NCBI GenBank assembly: GCA_951406725.2
Contig: OX597839.1
Span: 23,932,001 to 23,996,000, forward strand
Reading direction: 5' to 3'
Origin: Octopus vulgaris
Lineage: Eukaryota
Length of the DNA stretch: 64,000 bases
The notes beneath the pieces were generated by a model. The model was not told the DNA's origin. It saw nothing but the letters and a program-made list of their open reading frames with translations, and made no database searches. Shown piece after piece: positions 38,191 to 51,689 of this stretch (position 1 is the first letter of the stretch; every line of letters starts with the position of its first letter). A program made the translations under genes and the position numbers.

Positions 38191-39035
38191 ATATATCATT
38201 GTCGTTTAACATCTCTCCATGCTGGCATGGGTTTGACTGAGGACTGGTAAGCTGGGAGGCTGCACCAGGCTCCAATCTGATCTGGCAATGTTTCTACAGC
38301 TGGATGCCCTTCCTAATGCCAACCACTCCTAGAGTGTAGTGGGTGCTTTTTACATGCCACCAGCACGGGAGCCAGTTAGGCAGCACTGGCACCGGCCATG
38401 CTTGAATGGTGCTTTTTACGTGCCAATAGCATGGGTGCCAGTCAGATGGTACTGGCATCATCCACACTCAAATGGTGCTTTTTACATGCCACTGGTATGG
38501 GTGCTGGCCACGCTTGAATGGTGCATATATATATATATATACTAGCAGTATCGCCCGGCATTGCGGTTTGTTTCGACCCTTTAGAATTGGAATTTCTGAA
38601 AAGTAAAAATTTGGCAGTATGTAGCTTGTTATTCTCTTTAAGTGAAATACACCGAAAAATGGTGACACAGCAGTCAAAACATCGTAAAAAATAGGGATTT
38701 TCATAGAAAAAAAGGCACCTTTTTGATGTAAATAATTTTTGGTGTTAACATGGTCCGATTTAAATTTTTTCTTCTACGGAAGGAAGAGTTAGCCTTCTTC
38801 TATCATACTCTCATATATATATATATATGTATATATATATATGTATATATATATGTATATATATATATGTATATATATATGTATATACATATATATATAT
38901 ATATAAGAATGAATGTTTTTATATATAATGAACGTGAAATACAGGAAGGGACGAACACGGAACACAGACAAATCATTCGAAGCCTTCAATCTTCAGTCAG
39001 ACACCGAGTCATCATAGCAAATTTCGGCTGTTATA

Positions 39036-39071
<36 letters not shown>

Positions 39072-39936
39072 TATGATGATATATATATATATATATTAAT
39101 ACGAAAAAACCCTCCAGGCTACATCCCGAAAATTCATTTCTTTGCCGAATTTCTACAATGTTTATGACGATTCGTTTTTATATCTTGATTTTTTATTTTT
39201 CATGCAATTTACGCATGCTTGCACGCGTGGTGAACACAGTTCACGTCAAACAGCTAACTGAGTAAAGTTCACTATTCAATGCATGGAATAAGGCCTAAAC
39301 AAACACGTTATCGATTTTTTGCACTTGCGAGATGAATTTCGGAACAGAAATAGCACGGTTTAATTTTCATTCGCCTAAACTTTAAGTGACCCTATTTTGG
39401 TGGTTCTACGATTTGTTGGCTAGGAGGAGATGTGCCCGGAAGTTAAACACACAGATACACAAGTTGAGTTTTATATATATATATATAATTTCTGTCATTA
39501 GACTGCAGCGATGCCAGAGCACAGCCTTGGGGAATTTTTTGTTGAACAAATCAACCCCAATACTTATTTTATTTCTCTTAAATCTGGTACTTATTTTAGC
39601 AGTTCTTTTGATGAACCACTAAGTTATGGGGACATAAACACACCAATACCAATTGTCACGGAGTGGTGGGAGACAGACAGGCACAAGGACACACACACTT
39701 GTGTGTGTGTGTTGTGCTTCTTTCAGTTTCCATCTACCAAATTCACTCTCAATGCTTTGGTCAGCCCAGGGCTATAATAGAAGGCACTTGCCCAAGGTGC
39801 CATGCTGTGGGACTGAACTTGGAACCATGTGGTTTGAAATCAAACTTCTTGCCAGACATCCATGCTTGTACCTTCTAAATTTCTACAATTATAATTTTAG
39901 TTACAATCTGCATTTCCATGTGACTTTCTATTTCAG

Positions 39937-40112
39937 ATGTGTCTTCATCCTGATGTCATCCAGTACATTACCAATATTCTTGAAAGTATCAAATTACTGT
40001 TGGAAGCACAGGAAGTTAACCGAGTAGGACTGGTCATTCTTGACTCCAAACAGACCCCGATAGAACGTTTTGTCTTTGAAATTGCTTATCCTTCCCTCTT
40101 ATCAGGCTTTGG
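39937..40112 (+). CDS. MAD2L2: MAD2L2 exon 3
   Basis: tttcag/GTAAGT, 176 nt, MCLHPDVIQYITNILESIKLLLEAQEVNRVGLVILDSKQTPIERFVFEIAYPSLLSGF. Confidence 0.95.
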
Positions 40113-40289
40113 GTAAGTAGAAATCTTTTTGGCTGTGAGTGTTTGTTCAGTTGTTCATTTTAACAAGCTTGGGTTAAATGAATATAAAGCTCTTATGCTG
40201 GTATCACATAGAAAGCACTTGTTCTGGTGTCACGTGGAAGGCACTTGTGGCAATGCCCTGTAAAAAGCACCCTTCTTGGTACCACATAA

Positions 40290-40755
40290 AGGCACCTGCG
40301 CCAGTTCCACATGTAAAGGCACCTGTGCCCGTGCCACGTAAAGGCACCTGTGCCCATGCCACGTAAAGGCACCTGTGCCCGAGCCTCATAAAAGCACCTG
40401 TGCCCGTACCACATAAAGGCACCTGTGCCCGTGCCACATAAAGGCACCTGTGCCCGTGCCACATAAAGGCACCTGTGCCCGTGCCACATAAAGGCACCTG
40501 TGCCCGTACCACATAAAGGCACCTGTGCCCGTGCCACATAAAGGCACCTGTTCCCGTGCCACGTAAAGGCACTTGTGCCTGTGCCACTGTCATAAAAGAA
40601 GCATCTAGCACACTGTAAAGTAGTTGGTGTTAGGAAGGGCATCTGGCTGTACAAACCATGCCACAAGAGACAAATAGAATCTGGTACAATCCTGCCAGCC
40701 TTGCCGGCTCCTGTGAAACTGTCCAACCCATGACAGCATGGAATGCAGATATGAT
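40290..40755 (+). repeat. 25-bp minisatellite (about 11 units) in an older RTE-type tail
   Basis: GTGCCACATAAAGGCACCTGTGCCC tandem array followed by TTAGGAAGGGCATC...CAACCCATG. Confidence 0.88.
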
Positions 40756-42352
40756 GTTATTGAGGCATTGTTTTATAGCTGGATGCTGTTCTCATCACCA
40801 ACCCTTCCTCACTTGATTCCAATTAAGCTAATATTCTTTTCTACTCTAGGCACAAGGCCTGAGATTTTGGGGGAGGGAGCCCAATCAATTAGATTGACTC
40901 CAGTACACAACTGGTACTTATGTTATCGACCCATGAAAGGCAAAGTCGACCTTGTCGGAATTTCACCTTGGAACATAACGACAGACAAAATATCTATTTC
41001 ATTACTACCCACAAGGAGCTAAACACAGAGAGGACAAACAAGGACAGACAAACGGATTAAGTCGATTATATTGACCCCAGTGTGTAACTGGTACTTATTT
41101 AATCGACCCCTGAAAGGATGAAAGGCACAGTCGACCTCGGTGGAATTTGAACACAGAACGTAACGACAGACGAAATACCACTAAGCATTTCGCCCAGCGT
41201 GCTAACATTTCTGCCAGCTCACTGCCTTCAATTAAGCTAATATTACCCCATGGTCAGACATGTTTCCACAAAAGACACAAACATAAGCATGCACACATCA
41301 TCATTATCATCGTTTTAATGTCCTTTGTCCCATTGCTTGCATGGGTCAGATAGAATTCATCGAGGCAGATTTTTCCAACCCTCACTTTTCCCCAAGCACG
41401 CTAATATTTCCCCATATCCAGACATGTTTTTCCCAGACGATTAGAAACGATCAACACTGCTTGTATGACAGAGGTGCTTGTTTATAACCATCATGTGATG
41501 TCCAGACACAGATACACACAAACATACAAGGAAACATGCACAAACGCTCAAACACACATGCAGGCATATCATATATTTCTTTCGAATCCATTCACAAGGC
41601 CTGGGACTGGAGTGGAAGAGACACTTGCTCAAGGTACTGCACAGTGGGACTGAACCCAACACTTTATGGTTCACAAGTGAGCCTCTCAACCTCACAGCTA
41701 TTCCTGCATCTATGAATCCAAATAGAGTTGTGTTCTCTTGTATTTTAATTCCTAGATAATGTGTTGCTGTAGCCAAGAAGAATGGCTACAAAAGTGACAC
41801 AGCCGACTATGATGGTTGCTAGTCAGCTCTTGTGTGTCATAGGGAGAGGAGAGAGAGAGGGAGAGCCTAGGTTCAAATATGGCTGACTTGTAGCCTGTCA
41901 AATCATTGTCCCTTCTATGTGTGTGCGTGTGTGTATTTAATAATATATAAATATATGCATATATACATATATGTACATACTTACATACAAGATCAAAAGA
42001 GGTACGGGCGCCACCATATAATATGTATATGTAAAAAAACACAAACTGGGACAAGAACGTAAAACATTTAGAAGACGATACAAGAAAACGGACGGGACAT
42101 TCGAAGCCTTCGATCTTCAGTCAATAACCGGATCATCTTCGCAATTTCGGCTGATATACATGCATATCTGGGTACAGGACATCAAAAAAAAACATGAACA
42201 AAAACATAGAAAACAAACTTTTTTCCAAACGAGAGAGGCAACATAAAGAACATTCCCTTCATCAGTTGTCCCCTGTTTCATCTACTCCGCGTTTTGAAGA
42301 TAAGGACAAGACACAACTTCGTTAAAGCAGTCTTTCCCGCAAAGCAAATTAT

Positions 42353-42752
42353 GGATCTTTTCACTTTGACCGGCAGATTTTAAAAATAATTTCTTTGTAA
42401 CTAAACACTTTTAAACTTTGTATACTGGTAGAATGTGTCATGTCATATAAAACATGTTTTTCTCTTGGCGTTCTTGAGAAAATTCTGTAAACAGTGACAA
42501 ACAAAATATACACCGCCGGAACTTCTTGTTGACAAACAGTAGTAGTAATTGTGTTCACCTCAATAGACGTCATTGATTGGTTGAAATTGCCGAAATATGG
42601 GAAATTTAACCACAAATAGCTTACAAACTACAGAATTTTCTCAAGAACGCCAAGAGAAAAAGATGTTTTATGTGACCCATTCTACCAGTATACAAAGTTT
42701 AAAAGTGTTTAGTTACAAAAAATTTAAATCTGCCGGTCAAAGTGAAAAGATC
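42353..42752. mobile_element. MITE with about 135-bp TIRs (GGATCTTTT...AAAAGATCC)
   Basis: Long inverted termini; flanks CAAATTAT/CAAATTAA suggest an 8-bp TSD. Relatives at 4460-4882 and 20958-21272. Superfamily not established. Confidence 0.85.
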
Positions 42753-43099
42753 CCAAATTAAATAATATTTGTACTTAGCGGTTCAGCAAAAGAGACCGAT
42801 AGAATAAGTACTGGGCTTACAAAGAATAAGTCCCGGGGTCGATTTGCTCGACTAAAGGCGGTGCTCCAGCATGGCCGCAGTCAAATGACTGAAACAAGTA
42901 AAAGAGTAAAAAAAGAGTAAAGAGTAAAGAGTATATGTGTATGTGTGGTGTTTAATATGAATATACATGTGATGTGTGTATGTGTGTGTGGCGGTTGACT
43001 GACAATAACACATTCCAACTTAAAACGCCATACATACACACAAGTATTCTCTCTCTCACACACACACATAGCAACAAAGTGAAAGTTTTTCCTCCCCTT

Positions 43100-43718
43100 C
43101 ATAAGTCTGTATATAGCTATGGTGTGGCCACATTTGGAATTTGCATCACCAGTCTGGAACCCCTATCTTGCTCCAGACATTGACCTCCGGCAAACTGTTC
43201 AGACGTGCAACCAAGCGAATACCCTCCATCAGGCATACTCTGAATGCCTTGCTACCCTGGGCATGGCTACATTGAAGCTCAAACGTCTGGCAACTGAGTT
43301 GGTAAGCACCCACAAAATTATTAACCATGTTGCCAACAACCGCCTTGAGCACCTTTTTCAGCTCCATGTGTCCAACACATGTGGGCATGCCTACAAAGTC
43401 AGAAAACAGCACAGCTCTCATGACATTCGGAAACACTTTCTCACACTCAGAGTTGCTGAAGCATGGAACAAACTACCTGCATCAGTTGTTAGTTACTGAG
43501 ACATTGCATCCTTTAAAACTGCCATGTTTCCTGGAATTCCCCAACACTACACCTGATATCCATCCTACCTGCTTCATACACATGCACACATTTCTATCAT
43601 GACTCATACACTGTTCTCTTTCCTGACTTTTGTCCATAATTCTATGTACTGTACATGCACCTTTGAGGAGTTGTAGTGCACCTGAGCACTAGACACAATT
43701 TCATTATTATTATTATTA
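43100..43718 (+). mobile_element. 5'-truncated copy of the same CR1 family with (ATT)n tail
   Basis: PHLEFASPVWNPYL...RKHFLTLRVAEAWNKLP and a 3' UTR similar to 53060-53640. Confidence 0.88.
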
Positions 43719-43971
43719 ATGAGGCGATGAGCTGGCAGAATCATTAACATGCTGGGCAAAATGCTTAGCAGTATTTCGTCTGTCATCACATTCTGATGCT
43801 GCCAGGGTTGACTTTGCCTTTCATTTTTCAGGGTTGATAAATGAAGTACCAGTTACATTCTGAGGTCGATGTAATCGACTGATCCCCTCCCCAAAAATGT
43901 CAGGCCTTGTGCCTCTTGTAAAAAGGATTATTATTATTATTATTAAATCTTTCCCTTATACTTTGTTCCAG

Positions 43972-44066
43972 TTGTGATATTCTACTGACTGAGTTGGAGC
44001 AATCCCTAAGGGCATTCCTGTTGAAGATAAATGTCTGTGATGCACTGCTGAAACCTCTTCCTCAAG
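43972..44066 (+). CDS. MAD2L2: MAD2L2 exon 4
   Basis: ttccag/GTAACC, 95 nt, CDILLTELEQSLRAFLLKINVCDALLKPLPQ. Confidence 0.95.
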
Positions 44067-44716
44067 GTAACCCCCTTTACCGTTCCTCTTCAAATCATCT
44101 TCTAATTCCATCCTCCTTGTCTTGGACAGGTTATGGTTCGGTTTGTGATCAATATTTTATTATTAATAACGATTGTTTTGCTCATCTGGGTCCTTGGCCT
44201 CGATCTTATTCTTTTACTTGTTTCAGTAATTTATTGTGGCCATGCTGGAGCACTGCCTTGAAACGTTTTGGTTGAACAAATCAACCCCAGGACTTTTTCT
44301 TTTTAAATAGTACTTATTCTGTCAGTCTCTTTTGCTGAACCACTAAGTTACAGGGATGTGAACACACTAACACCAGTTGTCAAGCGATGTTGGGGCGGGG
44401 TCACAAACACACACACACATGATGGGCTTCTTTCAGTTTCCGTTTACCAAATCCACTCACAAGACTTTGGTTAGCCCAAGGCTATAGTAGAAGGCATTTG
44501 CCTGAGGTGGCACGCAATAGGACTGAACCCAGGACCATGTGGTTGGGAAGCAAGCTTCTTACCACACAGCCACACCTGCGCCTTTTTGTTTGATGTATTT
44601 AAAAATGAAAGAAGCTTATTTTATACATCAGTAAATACTGTGTGTGTGAATATATACTCATGTATATATATATTTATACATATATATATATATACATACA
44701 CACACATACACATACT

Positions 44717-44940
44717 TGAGGAGGTGCTGGAAAGTTCTTGGCTTTAAGGGTCGTCTGAAAGGCTTGGTTTGATACCCAACCTTCTGAGTTCTTTTCCAGG
44801 GCTTAGTAAAACGGAGGGACTGCTGCACTAAGTGTGTGAATCTGAGAGGAGGGGAATATGTTGAACAAAATCATAATTAACTGATCCTCATCCTGTAGTT
44901 TCTTTTACTCAAAGCCGGGACCTTTTCAGCATACCTTCTG
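44717..44940 (+). mobile_element. mariner-derived MITE
   Basis: TIRs GAGGAGGTGCTGGAAAGTTCTTGGCTTT / AAAGCCGGGACCTTTTCAGCATACCTTC and a remnant of the transposase end (KCVNL..GEYVE). Confidence 0.75.
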
Positions 44941-46233
44941 TATGTATATTTGTGCGTACATAATGTATATATATACTTACATAATATATACATAATGTAT
45001 ATATATACTTACATAATATATACATAATGTATATATATATACATACATAATATATACATAATATATATATATCTACATACATAATGTATATATATATATA
45101 CATACATAATGTATATACATATGTATGTATATATGTCGTCGTCGTTTAACGTCCTCTTTCCATGCTACCATGGGTTGGTCTGACTCAGGGCTTGGCAAGC
45201 CAGAAGGCTGCACCAAGCTCCAATCTGATCTCGCAAGGTTTCTATAGTTGGATGCCCTTCCTGACGCCAACCATTCCGAAAGTGTTGTGGGTGCTTTTAA
45301 TGTGCCACTAGTATGAGGGCCAGTCAGGCGGCACTGGCATCAACCATGCTCGAATGGTGCTTTTTACATGCCACCGGCATGAGTGCCAATCGGGCCGTAC
45401 TGTCATCAGCCACAACAATGACTTCACTTGCCTAAACAGGTCTTTGCAAGTGCAGTTTATTGCCCATGATTGAAGGGTGCTCTTAAATGGGCTGGTTATG
45501 CTCCACTGGCATAAGCCACAGTTATGGTCTCATTTGGCTTGCCAATTCTTCTCAATCACAGCATATCTCCAGAGGTCTCCATTTTTTGTCATTGCCTCTG
45601 TGAAGCCCAATGTTCAAAGGTCATGCTTCACCACCTTGGGTCTTCTTGGGTCTACGTTTTCCACAAGTCCCCTCAACTGCTAGGGTGTGACACTTTTTCA
45701 CTCAGCTTTCCTCATTCACACGTAACACATGACCATACCAGTGCAGTCGTCTCTCTTGCACACCACATCTCATGCTTTTTATGTCCAACTTTTCTCTCAG
45801 GGTGCTTACACTCTGTCGTGTATGCACACTGACATTACACATCCAGCAGAGCATACTACCTTCATTCCTTGCAAGTTTACGCATGTCCACAGCAGTCACG
45901 GCCCATGTTTCACTACCATGTAGCATGGCTGTTCACACACATGCATCATACTCTTTGCTCTTTTACTTGTTTCAGTCATATGCATATATATGCATATATA
46001 TATATATGTGTGGCCGATGCCTGGCACCTCTGCAGGTGGCACGTAAAAAACACCCACTACACTCGCAGAGTGGTTGGCGTTAGGAAGGGCATCCAGCTGT
46101 AGAAACACTGCCAGACTAGACTGGAGCCTGGGGCAGTCCCTAGCTCCCCAGACCCCGGTCGAAACCGTCCAACCCGTGCTAGCACGGAAAACGGACATTA
46201 AACGATGATGATGATGATGATATATATGCATAT

Positions 46234-49200
46234 TATGTATAATTCATTAGTTATCGTTGTCTATCGATTCAGCCTCGCGTCTCGTTTAAATATAGAATAG
46301 ATATTTAAGTTTTCCCTTACAGGGGTGATCGCAATGGCGGCCGATTTTTCGCGGGGTTCGATGTACACTTCAAGTTTTACGCTGCCCCCCACCGCTACAG
46401 GAAGTCCTAAATTTTCTCATCCTTGTTGTCTCCCATGTACACGTCTGTCTCCCATGTACACTTCGCATCCCTGTTGTCTCCTATGCTCACTTCAAAGTCT
46501 TACGCCACCTGCTCCTCCTTCCATAAAAGGTAGTGGTCATTCATTGCAAGATATATTGGTAACGTACGCGGTTTGAACTTAGGTTTAATTGTCTGTCTAT
46601 GAATCCTGCCAAACGCGAGTTTCCTTTTCAGGTGCATGATGCTACTAGGTCCAATGCCTCCCACTCCCTCAGGGTTGGCACCCTCAACGTTGGCACACTG
46701 AAAGGCAGATCTGGCGAGATCGTTGAATTGCTTGAACGGAGGTGTGTAGATATATGCTGTATTCAAGAGGTGAGGTGGAGAGGAGGTTCTGCTAGGTTCC
46801 TCACAGGTAAAGGACAGAGGTACAAGATTTTCTGGGCTGGGAATACTGAAGGGGTTGGGGGAGTGGGTATGCTTATTGCCGAAAAATGGGTAGGTAAGGT
46901 AATCGAGGTAGTCAGAGGTAGACAGAATACTGAAAATTAGATTAGTGCTCCATCATAGTTTAGCAACTATTATATCGGCCTATGCCCCTCAGCCAGAGCT
47001 ACCCGATGGACAGAAAGACTGTTTCTATGACACCCTTCTGCAGACCACCTCATTAACAAACGACAGGGACCTTCTCTTTGTGGCTGGTGACTTCAATGGG
47101 CATGTTGGACGATATGCTGAGGGCTTCTATGGCGTTCATGGAGGCTATGGTTATGGTTCTCGCAATGAGGAGGGAACCAGGCTGCTGGAGTTCTGTGATG
47201 TGAATAGTCTTATGGTTTGCAACACTAACTTCAGGAAACCAACAAGCCACTTGGTCACCTACCGTTCGGGCCAGCATACTAGCCAAATCGACTACATCCT
47301 TGCCAGAAAAAGGGAAAGATGGCTGCTTATAAATGCCAAAACCTTCCCAGGCGAAGAATGTACCCCACAACTTAGACTGGTAGTCAGTGACTTTAGAATC
47401 AGGACTAAGAGGACAACTAGAAGACGACCAACATGGAGAAGAAGGGTCTGGAAGCTTAAAGACCCTGCAAATGGACAGAGATTTAAAGACATGTTACTTG
47501 AAGCCTTCGACGAAATAGAAGGGGGTATAGCTACACATGGGGTAGAAGATAACTGGACGCTTCTAAGGGACAACCTGCTGAAAGCTACTGACCAGATCTG
47601 TGGCTGGTGCAAAGTCCCCTCAAGACCCAAAATAACGTGGTGGTGGAACAATATTGTTGACAGGGCTAATAGACAAAAGAAACAGGCTTGGAAGGACTGG
47701 AAGAACGGTGGTAGCAGGGAAGTGTATCAGACTGCAAGAAGGGAAGCTAGGAGGCAGGTGTATTTAGCCAGAGGGGAAGCAGATAAGAAAAAATTTGCCA
47801 ATGTCCTGCGCCGTGAGGATGAAAGACTTGAGGTATTTCGTATAGCAAGACAGTGTGTGAGAGAGAATCGTGACGTGGTAGGAGAAAAATGTGTTCGCAT
47901 GGATGACGGCTCACTTGCGCTAAATGAGGATGCAAAGAGAGAGGTTTGGAGACGCCACTATGAAAGGTTGCTGAATGGGATAAAGAGAGTCTGCCGAATG
48001 TTGACCCAACAGAGGGACCAGCAATCCGAGTTGACAGTTCCTTAGTAGTTAAGGCAATTACAAGCATGACAACAAGGAAAGCCCCAGGCCCATCAGGAAT
48101 TACTGCAGAGATGCTCAAAATATCTGGTAGTGCCAGCTATAGCCTAGTCAACTGTATAGTTAACCAGGTGATACACGAAGAAGTCATTCCCAATGACTGG
48201 TGTAGCAGCATAATAGTCAACTGCTACAAAGGTAAAGGTGACGCCCTAGATACAAATAACTACAGGGGCATCAAGCTGCTAGATCAGGTAAGGAAGGTTA
48301 CGGAGAGGGTTATAGCCCAACTAATTAGAGAGAGAGTTAGCTTAGATCAGATGCAGTTTGGGTTCGTGCCAGGGAAAAGTACTACTGATGCTATATTCCT
48401 GGTAAGACAGCTGCAGGAGAAATACCTAGCCAAAGACAAGCCTCTATACCTGGCTTTTGTCGATATGGAGAAAGCCTTCGACAGGGTCCCCCGATCCCTT
48501 ATCTGGTGGTCAATGAGGAAACTAGGGATAGATGAATGGTTAGTGAGAGCTGTGCGAGCCATGTACAGAGACGCTGCTAGTAAGGTGAGGGTTGGCATCG
48601 AGTACAGTGAAGAATTCAGGGTAGAGGTTGGGGTCCACCAAGGTTCAGTCCTCAGTCCCCTCCTATTTATCATAGTCCTCCAGGCAATAACAGAGGAATT
48701 CAAGACAGGATGCCCCTGGGAGCTCCTCTATGCTGATGACCTTGCTCTAATTGCTGGGTCTCTATCAGAACTGGAGGAGAAGTTTCAGGTGTGGAAGCAA
48801 GGTTTAGAATCGAAGGGCCTTAGAATCAACCTTGCCAAAACCAAAGTCCTGATAAGTAGGAAGGTAGACCAATCACAAACGCCTTCAGGTAGATGGCCTT
48901 GCTCGATCTGTAGAAAAGGCGTAGGTAGAAACTCTATAAGATGCACCAAATGTAAGCTATGGACACATAAGAGATGTAGTAATGTCAAAGGAAGACTAAC
49001 TAGGAAAATAGTTTTTATCTGTGGCAGATGCTCAGGAGCAATAAACTCTGAAAATATGCAGAGACCAACTTCTATCACGTTTCAGGGAGAAAAATTAGAA
49101 GTAGTTGATAGCTTCCGCTACCTAGGTGACCAAGTCAGTAGCGGGGGCGGGTGTGCTGAAAGTGTAACTGCTAGAGTAAGAATAGCCTGGGCAAAGTTTA

Positions 49201-50320
49201 GAGAGCTCTTACCCTTGCTGGTGACAAAAGGCTTGTCGCTCAAAGTAAAAGGTAGACTGTATGATGCATGTGTACATACAGCCATGCTACATGGTAGTGA
49301 AACTTGGGCTGTGACTGCTGAGGATTTGCGTAAGCTCGCAAGAAATGAAGCTAGTATGCTCCGTTGGATGTGTAATGTCAGTGTTCATAGTCGACAGAGT
49401 GTAAGCACCTTGAGAGAAAAGCTGGACCTAAGAAGCATCAGACGTGGTGTGCAAGAGAGACGTTTGCGCTGGTATGGTCATATGGCGAGAATGGATGAAG
49501 ATAGGTGTGTGAAAAAGTGCCACACTCTGGCAGTTGAGGGGACCTGTGGAAGAGGTAGACCCAGGAAAACCTGGGACGAGGCGGTGAAGCACGACCTTCG
49601 AACTTTAGGTCTCACCAAGGAAATGACTAGAGACCGAGACCTATGGAAGTATGCTGTGCATGAGAAGACCCGGCAAGACCAATGAGAACAGTCAAAATCA
49701 AAATCAAACCAAATCAAATCAGAAAGCAGAACCAAAATCGAGGTCGATCAACATCAGTGGAAATTGCAGCTGTGGTTAAGCGAACCATCCGATTGTGGTC
49801 GTTGGCAGCACCGCCCCGTCTGGCCTCCGTGCTATTGGCACGTAAAAGCACTATCCGTTCGTGTTCGCTGCCAGCCTTGCCTGGCCCCCATGCTGGTGGC
49901 ACGTAAAAGCACCATCCGCTCGTGTCCGTTGCCAGCCTCGCCTGGCCCCCGTGCCGGTGGAACGTAAAAGCACCATCCGCTCGTGTCCGTTGCCAGCTTC
50001 GCCTGGCCCCCGTGACGGTGGCACGTAAAAGCACCATCCGTTCGTGTCCGTTGCCAGCCTCGCGTGGCACCCGTGCCGGTGGAACGTAAAAGCACCATCC
50101 GCTCGTGGCCGTTTGCCAGCTCTGTCTGACACCTGTGCGGGTGGCACGTAAAATGCACCCACTACACTCACGGAGTGGTTGGCGTTAGGAAGGGCATCCA
50201 GCCGTAGAAACACTGCCAAATCTGACTGGGCCTGATGAAGCCTTTCGGCTTCACAGACCCCAGTTGAACCGTGCAACCCATGCTAGCATGGAAAACGTAC
50301 GTTAAACGATGATGATGATG
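46234..50320 (+). mobile_element. Near full-length RTE-clade LINE (APE endonuclease + RT, two frameshifts) in MAD2L2 intron 4
   Basis: Endonuclease motifs TLNVGTL, CCIQEVRW, GDFNGH, SQIDYIL; RT motifs QFGF, FVDMEKAFDRV, GVHQGSVLSP, YADD; C-terminal RGRPRKTW. Frameshifts near 46920 and 47975. 3' UTR with a minisatellite and (GAT)n tail; possible TSD around TATATATGCATAT. Confidence 0.95.
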
Positions 50321-51069
<749 letters not shown>

Positions 51070-51689
51070 AGGGTTTCTTTCAGTTTCCGCCTACCAAATC
51101 CACTCACAAGGCTTTGGTCGGCCCGAGGCTATAGTAGAAAAGACTTGCCCAAGGTGCCACGCAGTGTGACTGAACCCGGAACCATGTGGTTCGTAAGCAA
51201 GCTAATTACCACAGAGCCACTCCTACGCCTATACTGTCTACCTTTTATTCTGAGCAAGATACCCTTTGTTACCAGCAGAGGTAGGAGCTCTCTGAACTTT
51301 GACCAGGCTATTCTTATTCCAGTAGCCACACTCTCAGAGCAACTGCTCCCACTACTGACTTGCTCACCTATAATGTGTGTGTATATATACACACACACAC
51401 ACATATACATGTATATGTTTATTAATCTCACATTAATTGATAACTTGTGTTGGTTTGTTGACGTCCCTGTGGCTGAGCAGCTTGTGGGTGAGGGGAAGAA
51501 ACTGGCGTTGATTGGATTAATCCTTTCAAGGCAATGCCCCAGCATGGCCTCAGCCCAATAACTAAGACCAGTCAAAGAATAAAACAACATCGCACACATT
51601 GGCTTCACTAAAACTCTTGAATGCTGTGCTGTGCTCCAGCCTGGCCTCTCCCTAATAACTAGATCCAATAAATCAGAACCAGTGTCTGT

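Noticed and set aside
50231-50256. CTGATGAAGCC...GGCTTCA hairpin as a hammerhead (also 23075, 10375, 26629, 54707)
   Set aside because: No GAAA after the stem and no helix I partner.
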